From positions 1 to 46,303 of IMG/VR virus record IMGVR_UViG_3300046710_000414: 46,303 nt of DNA; one strand, written 5' to 3'. The first letter of the stretch is position 1; every line of letters begins with the position of its first letter. The notes under the pieces are model-generated. The model searched no databases. It saw only the letters and a program-made list of their open reading frames with translations, and was not told the origin of the DNA. This document shows positions 1 through 9,021 of this stretch, piece by piece. The DNA comes from a virus (lineage: Duplodnaviria > Caudoviricetes). The position numbers were made by a program, and so were the translations under genes.

Positions 1-1
1 T

Positions 2-310
2 GTATGTAGTTTAACTCACTTTTCTAATAGGGAAAGTGTCCTACCAAATGGTACTATAAAATTAATAAAAGATGCATATATACTAACTGCCTCTGATGAA
101 ATATCCTGTGACATACTAACCCAATATGCCAATAAGAGTATACCTGATGAGGCTCATTTTCCTGATGATAATAGATACTGGATTAATATCGATGGGGATA
201 TAGCATTCAAAGTTAAAACGATAGAAGAGGTAGCTTATAATGATTTCGTTTATAACTTTGAGGTGGAAGAGGATCACACATATCAGGTAGCTGGGTATAG
301 TACACATAAC
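2..310 (+). mobile_element. Intein C-terminal portion in portal
   Basis: VYNFEVEEDHTY...THN followed by Cys (TGC at 311), a canonical C-terminal splice junction. Confidence 0.9.
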
Positions 311-1735
311 TGCTTTACTTATGCGGAAGATCATAACCCCTATGAAGTAGATGATGGGGATGAAGAAGGTAAAGCTAAAGTAGCGGAAATGAAGGAGTGG
401 GGGAGACAGGAATCTGAGAGACTTTTTAAAGAATTTAAAGTCATTGATAAGGATCCAAATTATAAGGGATGGAGAAAATTAATAATTCTTCCTCCCGATC
501 AGGTTCGTATTAAAAAGATTCCATTTTCTGATGAGAGTCTTATAGAATTTATTCCAGATCCAGAAACTCGTAAGAGTATCCTCAGTTCACAGGATCCATC
601 TTATTATCCTTTGAGTCCGGAAGAAGAGAGTGCTATGCCCCGGTTACCTAGGACACTCTCAATGGATCTCCAGAAGAATGGTAGCATCCCTCTTGATACT
701 GATCCTTATAGTGGGTCTTATGTTTATCATATGGCTCGTAAAAAGAGTCAGTATGAGACTCTCGGAGTATCGATACTTGAAAGATGTATCAATTCATTAC
801 TTTTACAAGATAAGTTACGTCAAGCTCAGACACAGATAGCCTCCAGACATATGACTCCGATACGAGTAGTGTGGGCTGAAGAGTTATCTGATGTGGATGT
901 TGAGAATTTAAGAGAGCAAGTAGATACAGCTCTTGTTGATCCGGATTTCTCCATCATTGCAAACTATGAAGTTCATTGGGAAGAAATGGGTTCAAATGGT
1001 AGGCTCCTTGAGCTTTCAAGTGAATATGAACATATAGAAAATTCTCTTTTTGCAGGACTTGGAGTCACTCGAGAGATTTTGACCGGTGAGGGGACCTATG
1101 CCGGTAATAAAATGACCCTTGAGATTTTAAACACACAATATCTCTTATTTAGAGAGCTTCTTCAGGAATATGTAGAGGATTATCTTTTCAAGCCTGTGGC
1201 AAGGAAAAAAGGTTTTGTTGAGAAAGATAAATATGGAAGAGAAAAGCTTATATATCCTCGATTAAGTTTTACACGTCTTGCCATAAAAGATAATGATACT
1301 TTCTTCGATCAGGCTATGCAACTTTATAATAAGGGATCAATCTCCATTGATGTGATCCTTGAGATGCTTAATATTGATCCTATCTCTACTCGTAAGAAAA
1401 TTGAAGCAGATTTATTTACTGTAAATGACTTTGCATTCAATCAACTTTTGGCGAATATATATAATGCTGCAGGACAGGCGCTGGTTGAACGGTTTACAGT
1501 GGCTGATCGACTTGCTGATTATCTTAATTTGAGCCCACTTCCTCAACCTCCTGCTGGAGAAGAGGGGGGATTAGGTGGCGGTCTCGGTGGGGGTGATATT
1601 GGTGGAGGTATGGGAAGATTTTCTTCTGCAGGGTTAGATAGTAAGAAACAGGCAGCATTAACTAAACTTATTTCTGTAGTGATGAAAAATCCTGAAAAGC
1701 TTGATAAGATAGTGGACTACTTATCTAAAGGATAA
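2..1735 (+). CDS. Portal protein, 5'-truncated, carrying the C-terminal part of an intein
   Basis: The frame is open from base 2, so the GTG at 263 is not the true start. It reads ...VYNFEVEEDHTYQVAGYSTHN|CF (intein blocks F/G), then portal-like YHMARKKSQYETLGVSILERC...RHMTPIRVV. It lies upstream of the protease/scaffold/MCP genes. Confidence 0.8.
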   Translation, partial: VCSLTHFSNRESVLPNGTIKLIKDAYILTASDEISCDILTQYANKSIPDEAHFPDDNRYWINIDGDIAFKVKTIEEVAYNDFVYNFEVEEDHTYQVAGYSTHNCFTYAEDHNPYEVDDGDEEGKAKVAEMKEWGRQESERLFKEFKVIDKDPNYKGWRKLIILPPDQVRIKKIPFSDESLIEFIPDPETRKSILSSQDPSYYPLSPEEESAMPRLPRTLSMDLQKNGSIPLDTDPYSGSYVYHMARKKSQYETLGVSILERCINSLLLQDKLRQAQTQIASRHMTPIRVVWAEELSDVDVENLREQVDTALVDPDFSIIANYEVHWEEMGSNGRLLELSSEYEHIENSLFAGLGVTREILTGEGTYAGNKMTLEILNTQYLLFRELLQEYVEDYLFKPVARKKGFVEKDKYGREKLIYPRLSFTRLAIKDNDTFFDQAMQLYNKGSISIDVILEMLNIDPISTRKKIEADLFTVNDFAFNQLLANIYNAAGQALVERFTVADRLADYLNLSPLPQPPAGEEGGLGGGLGGGDIGGGMGRFSSAGLDSKKQAALTKLISVVMKNPEKLDKIVDYLSKG

Positions 1736-1738
1736 CTT

Positions 1739-2095
1739 GTGAAAAATTCTATTTCTGATGAAATTCGTAAGTTGGCTTCCCTTATAGAACGAGACAATAC
1801 TCCTGATAATACTGCTATCGGTGATCATAAGATGCTTGAGGATAGTAGTATGGAACAGCCCTTAAGAGAAGCAAAGAAAGTGGTAAAACCTAAGCAGGTG
1901 GAAATTGATGGGGTAACTCCTACAGCACCTTCTCAACAGAGACGCCCTCGGAAGCAGCCCGGTCATAAGAATAAGTGGAATGAAGATACTAAGACAGATC
2001 TTATGAAGGATTATATGACGGAATATCGTGCAGAGGGTAAAGATAAAGAAGTTAACGGTCCTAAGAGTACATATAAGAAAAAGTTAAAAGTTTAA
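1739..2095 (+). CDS. Hypothetical protein (putative head-associated)
   Basis: ORF track; 3 nt after the portal stop; N-terminal SDEIRKLASLIE motif. Confidence 0.7.
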   Translation: MKNSISDEIRKLASLIERDNTPDNTAIGDHKMLEDSSMEQPLREAKKVVKPKQVEIDGVTPTAPSQQRRPRKQPGHKNKWNEDTKTDLMKDYMTEYRAEGKDKEVNGPKSTYKKKLKV

Positions 2096-2113
2096 AATAA
2101 GGAGAGTTGTGAT

Positions 2114-2422
2114 ATGCCTAAGCCACCTAAAGAGCTAGTTAAGCAGATAGAAATAGTCTCAGAAGTTATTGAGAGTGTGAATACTCTAATTGATAATAAA
2201 AAAATTAAGGTTGAAAATTATGGTAAGGATTTTCTTGAACCTCTCACAAAGATTCGATCAAAAGCTATGGAATTACGTAATGATCTGGAGCTTTTCAAAA
2301 GTTATATGGAGAGGGCTTTAACAGAACAATACTATAGCAGTGATAGATTTGCAGGTGACGTTAGTAAAGAATCTGCAAAGAGTGTAATTACTAAGTTTCT
2401 GTCCAGTAATACAGATTTTTAA
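2114..2422 (+). CDS. Hypothetical helical protein
   Basis: ORF track; AAGGAG RBS upstream. Confidence 0.75.
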   Translation: MPKPPKELVKQIEIVSEVIESVNTLIDNKKIKVENYGKDFLEPLTKIRSKAMELRNDLELFKSYMERALTEQYYSSDRFAGDVSKESAKSVITKFLSSNTDF

Positions 2423-2436
2423 TAATGTATTAATAT
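2420..2436 (+). promoter_or_regulatory. Putative late promoter motif TAATAATGTATTAATAT
   Basis: Variant of the 17-nt motif recurring in intergenic regions. Confidence 0.6.
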
Positions 2437-2480
2437 TAGAATAATAATAACTTATCGTTGTTCTATCTATTGAGGAATTT

Positions 2481-2897
2481 ATGCCAAAAACTGAAGATAA
2501 AAAAAGTCTTAAGGTACAGCCTGGTGAAAAAGATTCTGTTCGTGAAAAAGCTAAGGATCTTTTAGCAAATCACCCAGAGATTCTATTTAGTGCTCGTGAT
2601 CTTTTCCATAATAAAAATGGAGAGACTGTCATTGAGGCTATGGTTCCTCGGGGGGATTTGAGCACTGAAGCATCAATCATGCCTCGGACTCAATATGATG
2701 TTAAGAATGAAGATCTTCAGGCTATATCGACGCATGCAAAAAAGATTATTGATGCTACAATGAAAGAATATGATGAGAGAGTAGCGATGGAAGATGCCTT
2801 GACGATAGCTATTGCTACATTGGATGATGGTAAGTACGCTAGTAAAATCAATGCCTCTACATATAATCTTTTAATGAGTAATTTAATAAAGTCGTAA
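2481..2897 (+). CDS. Hypothetical protein
   Basis: ORF track; GAGG RBS. Confidence 0.75.
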   Translation: MPKTEDKKSLKVQPGEKDSVREKAKDLLANHPEILFSARDLFHNKNGETVIEAMVPRGDLSTEASIMPRTQYDVKNEDLQAISTHAKKIIDATMKEYDERVAMEDALTIAIATLDDGKYASKINASTYNLLMSNLIKS

Positions 2898-2932
2898 TAA
2901 TAATTTGACATAGAGTTTTAAGGAGGATTAGA

Positions 2933-3529
2933 ATGAATAAGTCTGTTATCATGAGTGAGATTGAGTCTACCCGTCGTAAATTAGCAGCACTTCAAGTGCT
3001 TGCAGGTGAAGAAGAGAATGAAGAAGAAACTGCTGATGCTACTGAAAAAGAAGCTGGTAAAGCAGACATGATTAAATGCCCCGACTGTGGATCAAAAGTC
3101 TTGAAAGCTACTGGTTATTGTCTTAAATGTAAGAAAAAAATCAAGGGTGATGACAAGAAAAAAGAAGAAGTAAAGAAGGACGACAAGAAAAAGAAAGAAA
3201 AAGAAGCTGCTGCAAAAGTAGCAGAAGCTCTTGATGAAATAGCGGGTCTTTTGGAATCTCAAAATAATCCTGAACTTACAAAGCTTGCTTATGAACTTGA
3301 TAGAGTCTCTGATGTTCTCGAAGGTAGAAAAGAAGCTTCTACTCTTGAGAGTGATAGTGATGAGCCTTACATGAAACAATACTTTCATGCTGGTGCTCGG
3401 GAGACAGACAGTGATGAATCTTATATGAAAGAATTTAATACGGATATTAGCACTGAGCTTAAAGATAAGTTTCAGAAAAAACAACTTGGTAAGGATGCTT
3501 CCAGTCTCCCTTACCAGATAGTTAAATAA
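2933..3529 (+). CDS. Zinc-ribbon and charged protein (putative internal head protein)
   Basis: CPDCG...CLKC; Lys/Glu-rich; AAGGAGG RBS; ALDEIAGLLE and LAYELDRVSDVLE helices. Confidence 0.75.
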   Translation: MNKSVIMSEIESTRRKLAALQVLAGEEENEEETADATEKEAGKADMIKCPDCGSKVLKATGYCLKCKKKIKGDDKKKEEVKKDDKKKKEKEAAAKVAEALDEIAGLLESQNNPELTKLAYELDRVSDVLEGRKEASTLESDSDEPYMKQYFHAGARETDSDESYMKEFNTDISTELKDKFQKKQLGKDASSLPYQIVK

Positions 3530-3547
3530 GGTGAAAGGATAGTAATC

Positions 3548-4105
3548 ATGCCAGGTTTGTACCCACATCCATCAGGATCGGCGGAGAACTATAAAATTGG
3601 TGACCAGGTAAAATGGTTCACTACTGAGAAATCTATATCACCTTATGTTGGTGTGGTAACTGAAATTTGCCCAGCAATAAATAAAATATGGGTGGATTTC
3701 CCTATGGGAGGTAATCAGCAAAAAGACCCTACAGAGCTTATTCTGATTACGCCCTTTATAGGAACTTCTCCAGTTATGGAAGATACGGGTTATGACAGTT
3801 ATGATAAGACTATTTCTAAAGAGAACTATGGTACTCTTCAGGATAAAGTCAAAAAGATGGCAAAGGATATGGCATCTAAAGAAGCTTCTGAAAATCGTAT
3901 AAATAAAATGGCTTCTAAAGTAGCGGGTAACTTTGCTGATACTGTTGTGACAAAGTTGGCTAGTGATATAGTTGCATGTGCCAATAAAGGTTTGACGGAT
4001 ATACAAGCTTATCAGAGATTGTATCCTCAATATGAAAACATCTGCTCTGATGGTCTTATGAGATCTGCTGTAAGTAAGATTTATAAGACTATAAAGTCTG
4101 AATAG
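3548..4105 (+). CDS. Hypothetical protein with SH3/KOW-like N-terminus
   Basis: YKIGDQVKW...VGVVTEI...IWVDF pattern; C-terminal KMAS/KVA/KLAS helices. Confidence 0.7.
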   Translation: MPGLYPHPSGSAENYKIGDQVKWFTTEKSISPYVGVVTEICPAINKIWVDFPMGGNQQKDPTELILITPFIGTSPVMEDTGYDSYDKTISKENYGTLQDKVKKMAKDMASKEASENRINKMASKVAGNFADTVVTKLASDIVACANKGLTDIQAYQRLYPQYENICSDGLMRSAVSKIYKTIKSE

Positions 4106-4123
4106 CTGTAAGGAAACGTAAAA

Positions 4124-6985
4124 ATGGCAATGCTTAAGTTTGGACATGCTGCAGTAGTTAATAAGGTTGTCTGCCCGGGTAAATGGGTGGACAACGTTGT
4201 TTCTAAAGGTCGTATTGTTATAGCAAAAAATGTTGTAGCTCAGTTTGATCCTTCAAAATGGTTGCTTAGTCACGTCTCTATAATGGCTTCCGTAGATGTG
4301 GATAGAGCTGACTCATCGGATCCTAAAAGTAATTATCTAATCAAACCCGAGTATTCAATTTTTGTAAATAACAACGGTGACAGTTGGGAGACTGAATTAT
4401 TAAAGATAGCTTCAAAGAGTTTTCTCGGGGCAGATAATTTTTGTTTTGTCGCAGGTACACGGGTACTAATGGCAGATGGTACATATAAAGCTATAGAACA
4501 GATTACTGAGGGTGAAAGAGTTATAAATCGTAAAGGTGAGATAGGAAGAGTAACAAAGACTTTTAAACATCAAGCGGATAATTTAGTTGAGATGTCAGGT
4601 TTGAATATTCTTTCTAGGAAATTGTGTGTAACTAAAAATCATCCTTTTTGGGTATACCATGCCCGTGAAACTTGCCCAAAGACAGGTAATCCAAATTTTT
4701 TTGATAAGAGCGCAAATTTTTGTTTATTGGATACTTGGACAGGTTTCTCTGTTGGAGTGCATAGGGCTTCAGGTGAAGTTTATCCAAGAGGTATAACTCC
4801 AGGATGGAAAGAAGCTGGAGATATTGATTCTAATAGAGATTTCTTTACACATCCTGTATCTTTAATTGAAACTCCCAATGATGAAATAAATGAGGATAGA
4901 GCGGAATTAATCGGTTGGTTTCTTGCTGAAGGTTACTATGATAATAAAAATATCTTTTCTGATGAAGAGTCCGGGATAACCTTTGCTCTTGGTAATGATG
5001 AAACGGATGTTGCTGAAAGGTTATCTTATCTATTGATAAAAGAATTTGGAAGTACTTTTAGAATAGATTGCAAACCAAGACTATATGAAACTCAATCAGG
5101 GTCATATAGCTTATCTATTAGTAATAAGGAAGTAGCTCAGTTTTTTAAAAAATGGTGTGGCAAATATTCATGGGCTAAAAGATTGCCTGAAGAAGCAATG
5201 TGGCTTCCTAAAAAATTACAGGCTATAATAATTAAGCATTGTATTAATGGGGATGGCTGTGGGGAGCATATCTCAAGGGGTTATAGTTTAGAACTTAAAT
5301 CACAGGCATTGATTCAACAGATTAATGGTATGTTTTGGAGAATGGGGATACTACCTACTTATAGAGAAGTTGGAGTACTACCAAGATATACAGACTATGA
5401 ATTAATAGATGGGTACGAAGTTTTTACTGACCCCCTAACTAATAAGAAATCAAGACCAGGATATTTTTTACGGATATCTACAAGGGATTCTAAAAAGTTA
5501 AACGATATCGTTGGTTGTTCTGATAATAGGATTTCTGATAGAGTATCTAAAAAAATAACTCATACATTTGAAGATGAAGGTAATAGCTGGATCATATCTA
5601 AAATAGATAGTGTAAAGGACATAAAGGGTATTTTTGACGTTTATAACATAGAGGTTGAAGGGGATAATTCTTATGTTGCTGAAGGTGTAACAGTGCATAA
5701 CTGTGAACACGTGCAGATTCCGGAATTATCAAAAGGCAAGGTTATTGATATGGCACTAAGATCAGTACCCTTTGCAAAAGACGTGGATGGTAATGATCTT
5801 ACTTCTATGTATGTAGATATTCTTATTGCTACTAATAAAAAGCATACCGATTTGGTTAATAAGATTCAATCAGGTGAGTATAGTGCAGTTAGCATGGGTT
5901 GTTTGATAAAATATAGTATTTGTACACAATGTGGTTGTGTAGCTGAAGATGAATCTCAATCCTGTAAGCACATAAAGTATTTCAAGGGTAACTATTTTTA
6001 TGATAAGAATGGTACAAAGAGGATAGTCGCTGAATTATGCGGGTCAGCTGATGATCCTGAGAGCTGTAAATTTATTGATGCAAGTTGGGTACGTAAACCT
6101 GCTTTTGAAGGTGCAGTACTTCATAAAGTTCTTCCTTGTGATTTTGATGTATCTGAAAAAATTCAAAAAGCTGTAGCTATGCCAGGTTTTGAATATACTC
6201 CCGGGATGTACTTGAAATCCGCATCTCAATCAGCAAAAGAAATCGTAAGAGATCTCGAAGCTGCTGAGGGTGATGCTCCAGCTCCTCCAGCTGATGACTT
6301 TAGCTTTCCTGAGGCCCCTGCTGAGTCAGGAAAACCTCTTACGGTAGATACTCCTCCAGCGGAAGGTGCAGCTCCTCCTGTGGATTCTATGGGTGATCCT
6401 GCAGCAGCTCCTGGTGGAGATCTTGGTGGTTTAGGTGGCGCTCCCGCAGCAGCTCCGGAACCTCAGATAGAAGAGCCTAAAGAGGATGCTACAGTCAATG
6501 AAGTAAAGGATATGGTAAAGAGACAACTCCTTAATCAGATCCGTAGAGAGATAATGAAAGAACAGGCTAAAGAAGAGGGTGGAGATAGTGGGCGTCCTAC
6601 TATCGATGAGACTTCTACAAATGATAATTTAGTGAGTAAATCTGCTAATTTTAGTAAGGTTTTAGTTTCTGCTAAAAATACAAAAAATGATCGATTATAT
6701 AATGGTCTTATGATTCTTTCTAATATTAAAAATTGGAAGCAATTTAAAAAGTATGGATATACCCGTGATGATGTTTTAGGGATATTGCACTTTATAGATA
6801 AGAATGCTTCTAATATTCCTGTCGGTACAGATGCAATTAAGACACTATCCAGAGTCAAACTTGGGTCAACAGGAATGGTGCCATTTTTCACAAAGATGAT
6901 AGTTGAGATAGGTCGCAAGCCAAGTCAGAGTGAATGTAAAAAGTTAGCTTCGTGGGCTAAGATTTTATCCCAATTTGAAGAGTAA
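4124..6985 (+). CDS. Prohead (capsid maturation) protease with intein and scaffold-like C-terminus
   Basis: Joined extein reads FLGADNF-CEH...GKVID...AVSMGC...ASWVRKPAFEGA, the His/Ser/'S-x-V-x-x-P-A' pattern of HK97-type prohead proteases; position before scaffold and MCP. Confidence 0.8.
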   Translation: MAMLKFGHAAVVNKVVCPGKWVDNVVSKGRIVIAKNVVAQFDPSKWLLSHVSIMASVDVDRADSSDPKSNYLIKPEYSIFVNNNGDSWETELLKIASKSFLGADNFCFVAGTRVLMADGTYKAIEQITEGERVINRKGEIGRVTKTFKHQADNLVEMSGLNILSRKLCVTKNHPFWVYHARETCPKTGNPNFFDKSANFCLLDTWTGFSVGVHRASGEVYPRGITPGWKEAGDIDSNRDFFTHPVSLIETPNDEINEDRAELIGWFLAEGYYDNKNIFSDEESGITFALGNDETDVAERLSYLLIKEFGSTFRIDCKPRLYETQSGSYSLSISNKEVAQFFKKWCGKYSWAKRLPEEAMWLPKKLQAIIIKHCINGDGCGEHISRGYSLELKSQALIQQINGMFWRMGILPTYREVGVLPRYTDYELIDGYEVFTDPLTNKKSRPGYFLRISTRDSKKLNDIVGCSDNRISDRVSKKITHTFEDEGNSWIISKIDSVKDIKGIFDVYNIEVEGDNSYVAEGVTVHNCEHVQIPELSKGKVIDMALRSVPFAKDVDGNDLTSMYVDILIATNKKHTDLVNKIQSGEYSAVSMGCLIKYSICTQCGCVAEDESQSCKHIKYFKGNYFYDKNGTKRIVAELCGSADDPESCKFIDASWVRKPAFEGAVLHKVLPCDFDVSEKIQKAVAMPGFEYTPGMYLKSASQSAKEIVRDLEAAEGDAPAPPADDFSFPEAPAESGKPLTVDTPPAEGAAPPVDSMGDPAAAPGGDLGGLGGAPAAAPEPQIEEPKEDATVNEVKDMVKRQLLNQIRREIMKEQAKEEGGDSGRPTIDETSTNDNLVSKSANFSKVLVSAKNTKNDRLYNGLMILSNIKNWKQFKKYGYTRDDVLGILHFIDKNASNIPVGTDAIKTLSRVKLGSTGMVPFFTKMIVEIGRKPSQSECKKLASWAKILSQFEE
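4442..5701 (+). mobile_element. Intein (420 aa) with LAGLIDADG homing endonuclease
   Basis: Starts CFVAGTRVLMADG; block B VTKNHPF; LIGWFLAEG and CINGDG motifs; ends VYNIEVEGDNSYVAEGVTVHN|C. Confidence 0.95.
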
Positions 6986-6997
6986 AAAACTTTTTTA

Positions 6998-7014
6998 TAA
7001 TAATCTCTTAATAT
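6998..7014 (+). promoter_or_regulatory. Putative late promoter TAATAATCTCTTAATAT
   Basis: Exact copy of the consensus, upstream of the scaffold-decoration-MCP unit. Confidence 0.75.
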
Positions 7015-7082
7015 CTGTTTTTTCTCTGAAAACAACCAAGTTCATTAGAACTTCATAAATAAATTGACACAGGAGGACAAGC

Positions 7083-8246
7083 ATGTCTCGTAATCGTTTG
7101 ACTAACAGATTAGCTTCGGATATGAAGTCAAAACCAGGTGCCCAAGTAGAAGATAAGGGTTCCGGAATTGACAATGATGTTTTTGATATGAATGATACTG
7201 GACACAGCAAGAATAATCCAAGTGTCGGTGAATATGCTAAAGGTGACCCTGAAGCATGGAATGAAGGCGTTAACAAAGACAAAGTGAATAAAGACGATTC
7301 TAAACGTGAAGAGACTGGTCATGCTCCTCTTATCGATAAACATGCTGCTCAGGAAGCTATCGCAAGTGCCCGCAGACTTGAAGAGAAAGCTGTCAAAGCT
7401 ATTATTGCTTCACAGAGAATGCTCCCAGGTGCTACCGATGAGATTATTGAGAAACAGGCTGGTATTCTTATGCATCTTCCTGAAGAGGGTCTTAATGCTA
7501 CTCTCGCGAATCAAGAAGGTCTTGCTCAAATGATTGCAAAGGCTGCTGCTTCATCTTCTGAGGAAGAAGATGAGGAAGAAGATGCTTCGTCAAAAGACGC
7601 TGGTGTTAAAAAAGATGAAGAGGAAGAAGACGCTGCATCAAAAGACGCCGGTAGTAAAAAAGATGAAGAGGAAGAGGATGCTTCATCAAAAGATGCTGGA
7701 AAGAAAAAATTAGCTGCTCTAAAGAGAAAAGTAGCAGAGATTGAAAAGAAGCTTGAAGATGAAGAAGAAGCTTCATCAAAAGATGCTGGTAAAAAAGAAG
7801 AAGAGGAAGAAGCTTCATCAAAGGATGCTGGAAAGAAAAAAGAAGAAGATGAAGAGGAAGATGCTTCATCAAAAGATGCTGGTCAGAATGATCCTCATTA
7901 CTTTGATCTTAAGAAAAAGAAAGAAAAACTTGCCAACTTGATAAAACAAGCTGAAGAGCTTGAAAAAGAAGTTGACAAGGATGAAAAGAAAAAAGAAGAA
8001 GAGGAAGAAGAAGGAGAAGAAGTTGAAGCTTCTCACAAAGGTAAAAAAGAAGAAGATGAGGAAGAAGCCACATCAAAAGATGCAAGTCTTCTTGATCAGA
8101 TTTTCAGTGGTGTTATGCCTTCTCCTATTAAGAAGGGTGCTTCAAAACTTTCTGGTATGGTTAAGAAAGAAGCTTCTTCAAGTAACTCCAGTGACCTATC
8201 CAGTCTATGGTCTACTGCTCCGGATGTAAGAGAAATTTTTAATTAA
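7083..8246 (+). CDS. Capsid scaffolding protein
   Basis: Between protease and MCP; highly charged coiled-coil/low complexity; AGGAGG RBS. Confidence 0.7.
   Translation: MSRNRLTNRLASDMKSKPGAQVEDKGSGIDNDVFDMNDTGHSKNNPSVGEYAKGDPEAWNEGVNKDKVNKDDSKREETGHAPLIDKHAAQEAIASARRLEEKAVKAIIASQRMLPGATDEIIEKQAGILMHLPEEGLNATLANQEGLAQMIAKAAASSSEEEDEEEDASSKDAGVKKDEEEEDAASKDAGSKKDEEEEDASSKDAGKKKLAALKRKVAEIEKKLEDEEEASSKDAGKKEEEEEASSKDAGKKKEEDEEEDASSKDAGQNDPHYFDLKKKKEKLANLIKQAEELEKEVDKDEKKKEEEEEEGEEVEASHKGKKEEDEEEATSKDASLLDQIFSGVMPSPIKKGASKLSGMVKKEASSSNSSDLSSLWSTAPDVREIFN
7561..8090 (+). repeat. Coding repeat E(n)-(D)A-S/A/T-S-K-D-A-G/S, 7 copies
   Basis: Six SKDAG and one SKDAS, each after a poly-Glu run (gcttcatcaaaagatgctgg variants). 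Confidence 0.9.
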
Positions 8247-8367
8247 ATAATATTCGATACCCATCTGTTAAAGTTGGGTATCAGTAGTAAAAAGATTGAT
8301 ATAAGATTTTTAACAGTATCTACCCGCCCCATAAGGGGATTGGGTTTCATTTAATAGGAGGTTTAAC

Positions 8368-8946
8368 ATGGTTGGTGAAGGAAGTGGAATTGCCCCTGAT
8401 AGAGGCCTAAATATCCTCAATCGCGTGACAATGAATACTCTCATGAATCTGACAGCGGCTGGATTGACAAGAGATAACTACGGTGCAAATGTTCAATCTT
8501 TGGCGAATTCTCGTCTTAGTGCTGACACACCTAAGGGTATTCTTGCAGGTCAGTTTGTATGTGTTGGAACAGTGAACGGAACAGTCGTAGCATGTACAGG
8601 TACAGATGCAGCTCCATCAGTTCTTGTTGGTCGCCCAGTTGGTGTTGCGATTAATAATGCTGTAGGTTATCCTTTCGAGTCAAGCTCTGGTGTAGCAAGT
8701 GGTAAATGTCCATATTTACATGGAACAGGTACCGTTTTCTCAACAGATATGTATGAGACATGTACTCAGGCCGGTGCCGGAGTTCCTATCACATATCTTC
8801 CTGGTGCAAGACTCTATGTTTCTCAGAATGGCCTTCTCAGCAATGCTGTTAGTACAGCTGTTGATGTTGCTGCTTTCGTAGTTGGTATCGTATTGATTGC
8901 TCCAAGTGCAACTGATCCATTTATGGTTGTTCAGCTTTCGATCTAA
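8368..8946 (+). CDS. Putative head decoration/cement protein
   Basis: Small Gly/Ala/Val-rich beta protein directly upstream of the MCP; Y-x-P-G-x-x-L-Y-V-S-x-N-G-L-L pattern; AGGAGG RBS. Confidence 0.65.
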   Translation: MVGEGSGIAPDRGLNILNRVTMNTLMNLTAAGLTRDNYGANVQSLANSRLSADTPKGILAGQFVCVGTVNGTVVACTGTDAAPSVLVGRPVGVAINNAVGYPFESSSGVASGKCPYLHGTGTVFSTDMYETCTQAGAGVPITYLPGARLYVSQNGLLSNAVSTAVDVAAFVVGIVLIAPSATDPFMVVQLSI

Positions 8947-9021
8947 TCAATCGTAGCCATGAAAATAATCCATAATGAGATTTAACAAACACTTGAAAAA
9001 ACCTTTAAGGAGGAATTGAAA

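Noticed and set aside
263-265. GTG start for the portal ORF
   Set aside because: The frame is open from base 2 and the GTG lies inside intein block F, so the gene starts upstream of the window.
2905-2910. TTGACA upstream of 2933 (also 7064-7069)
   Set aside because: No -10 box at 16-18 nt; both sit right against the RBS.
7561-8090. Repeats as a CRISPR array
   Set aside because: They are in-frame coding repeats with synonymous variation and low-complexity spacers; no cas genes.
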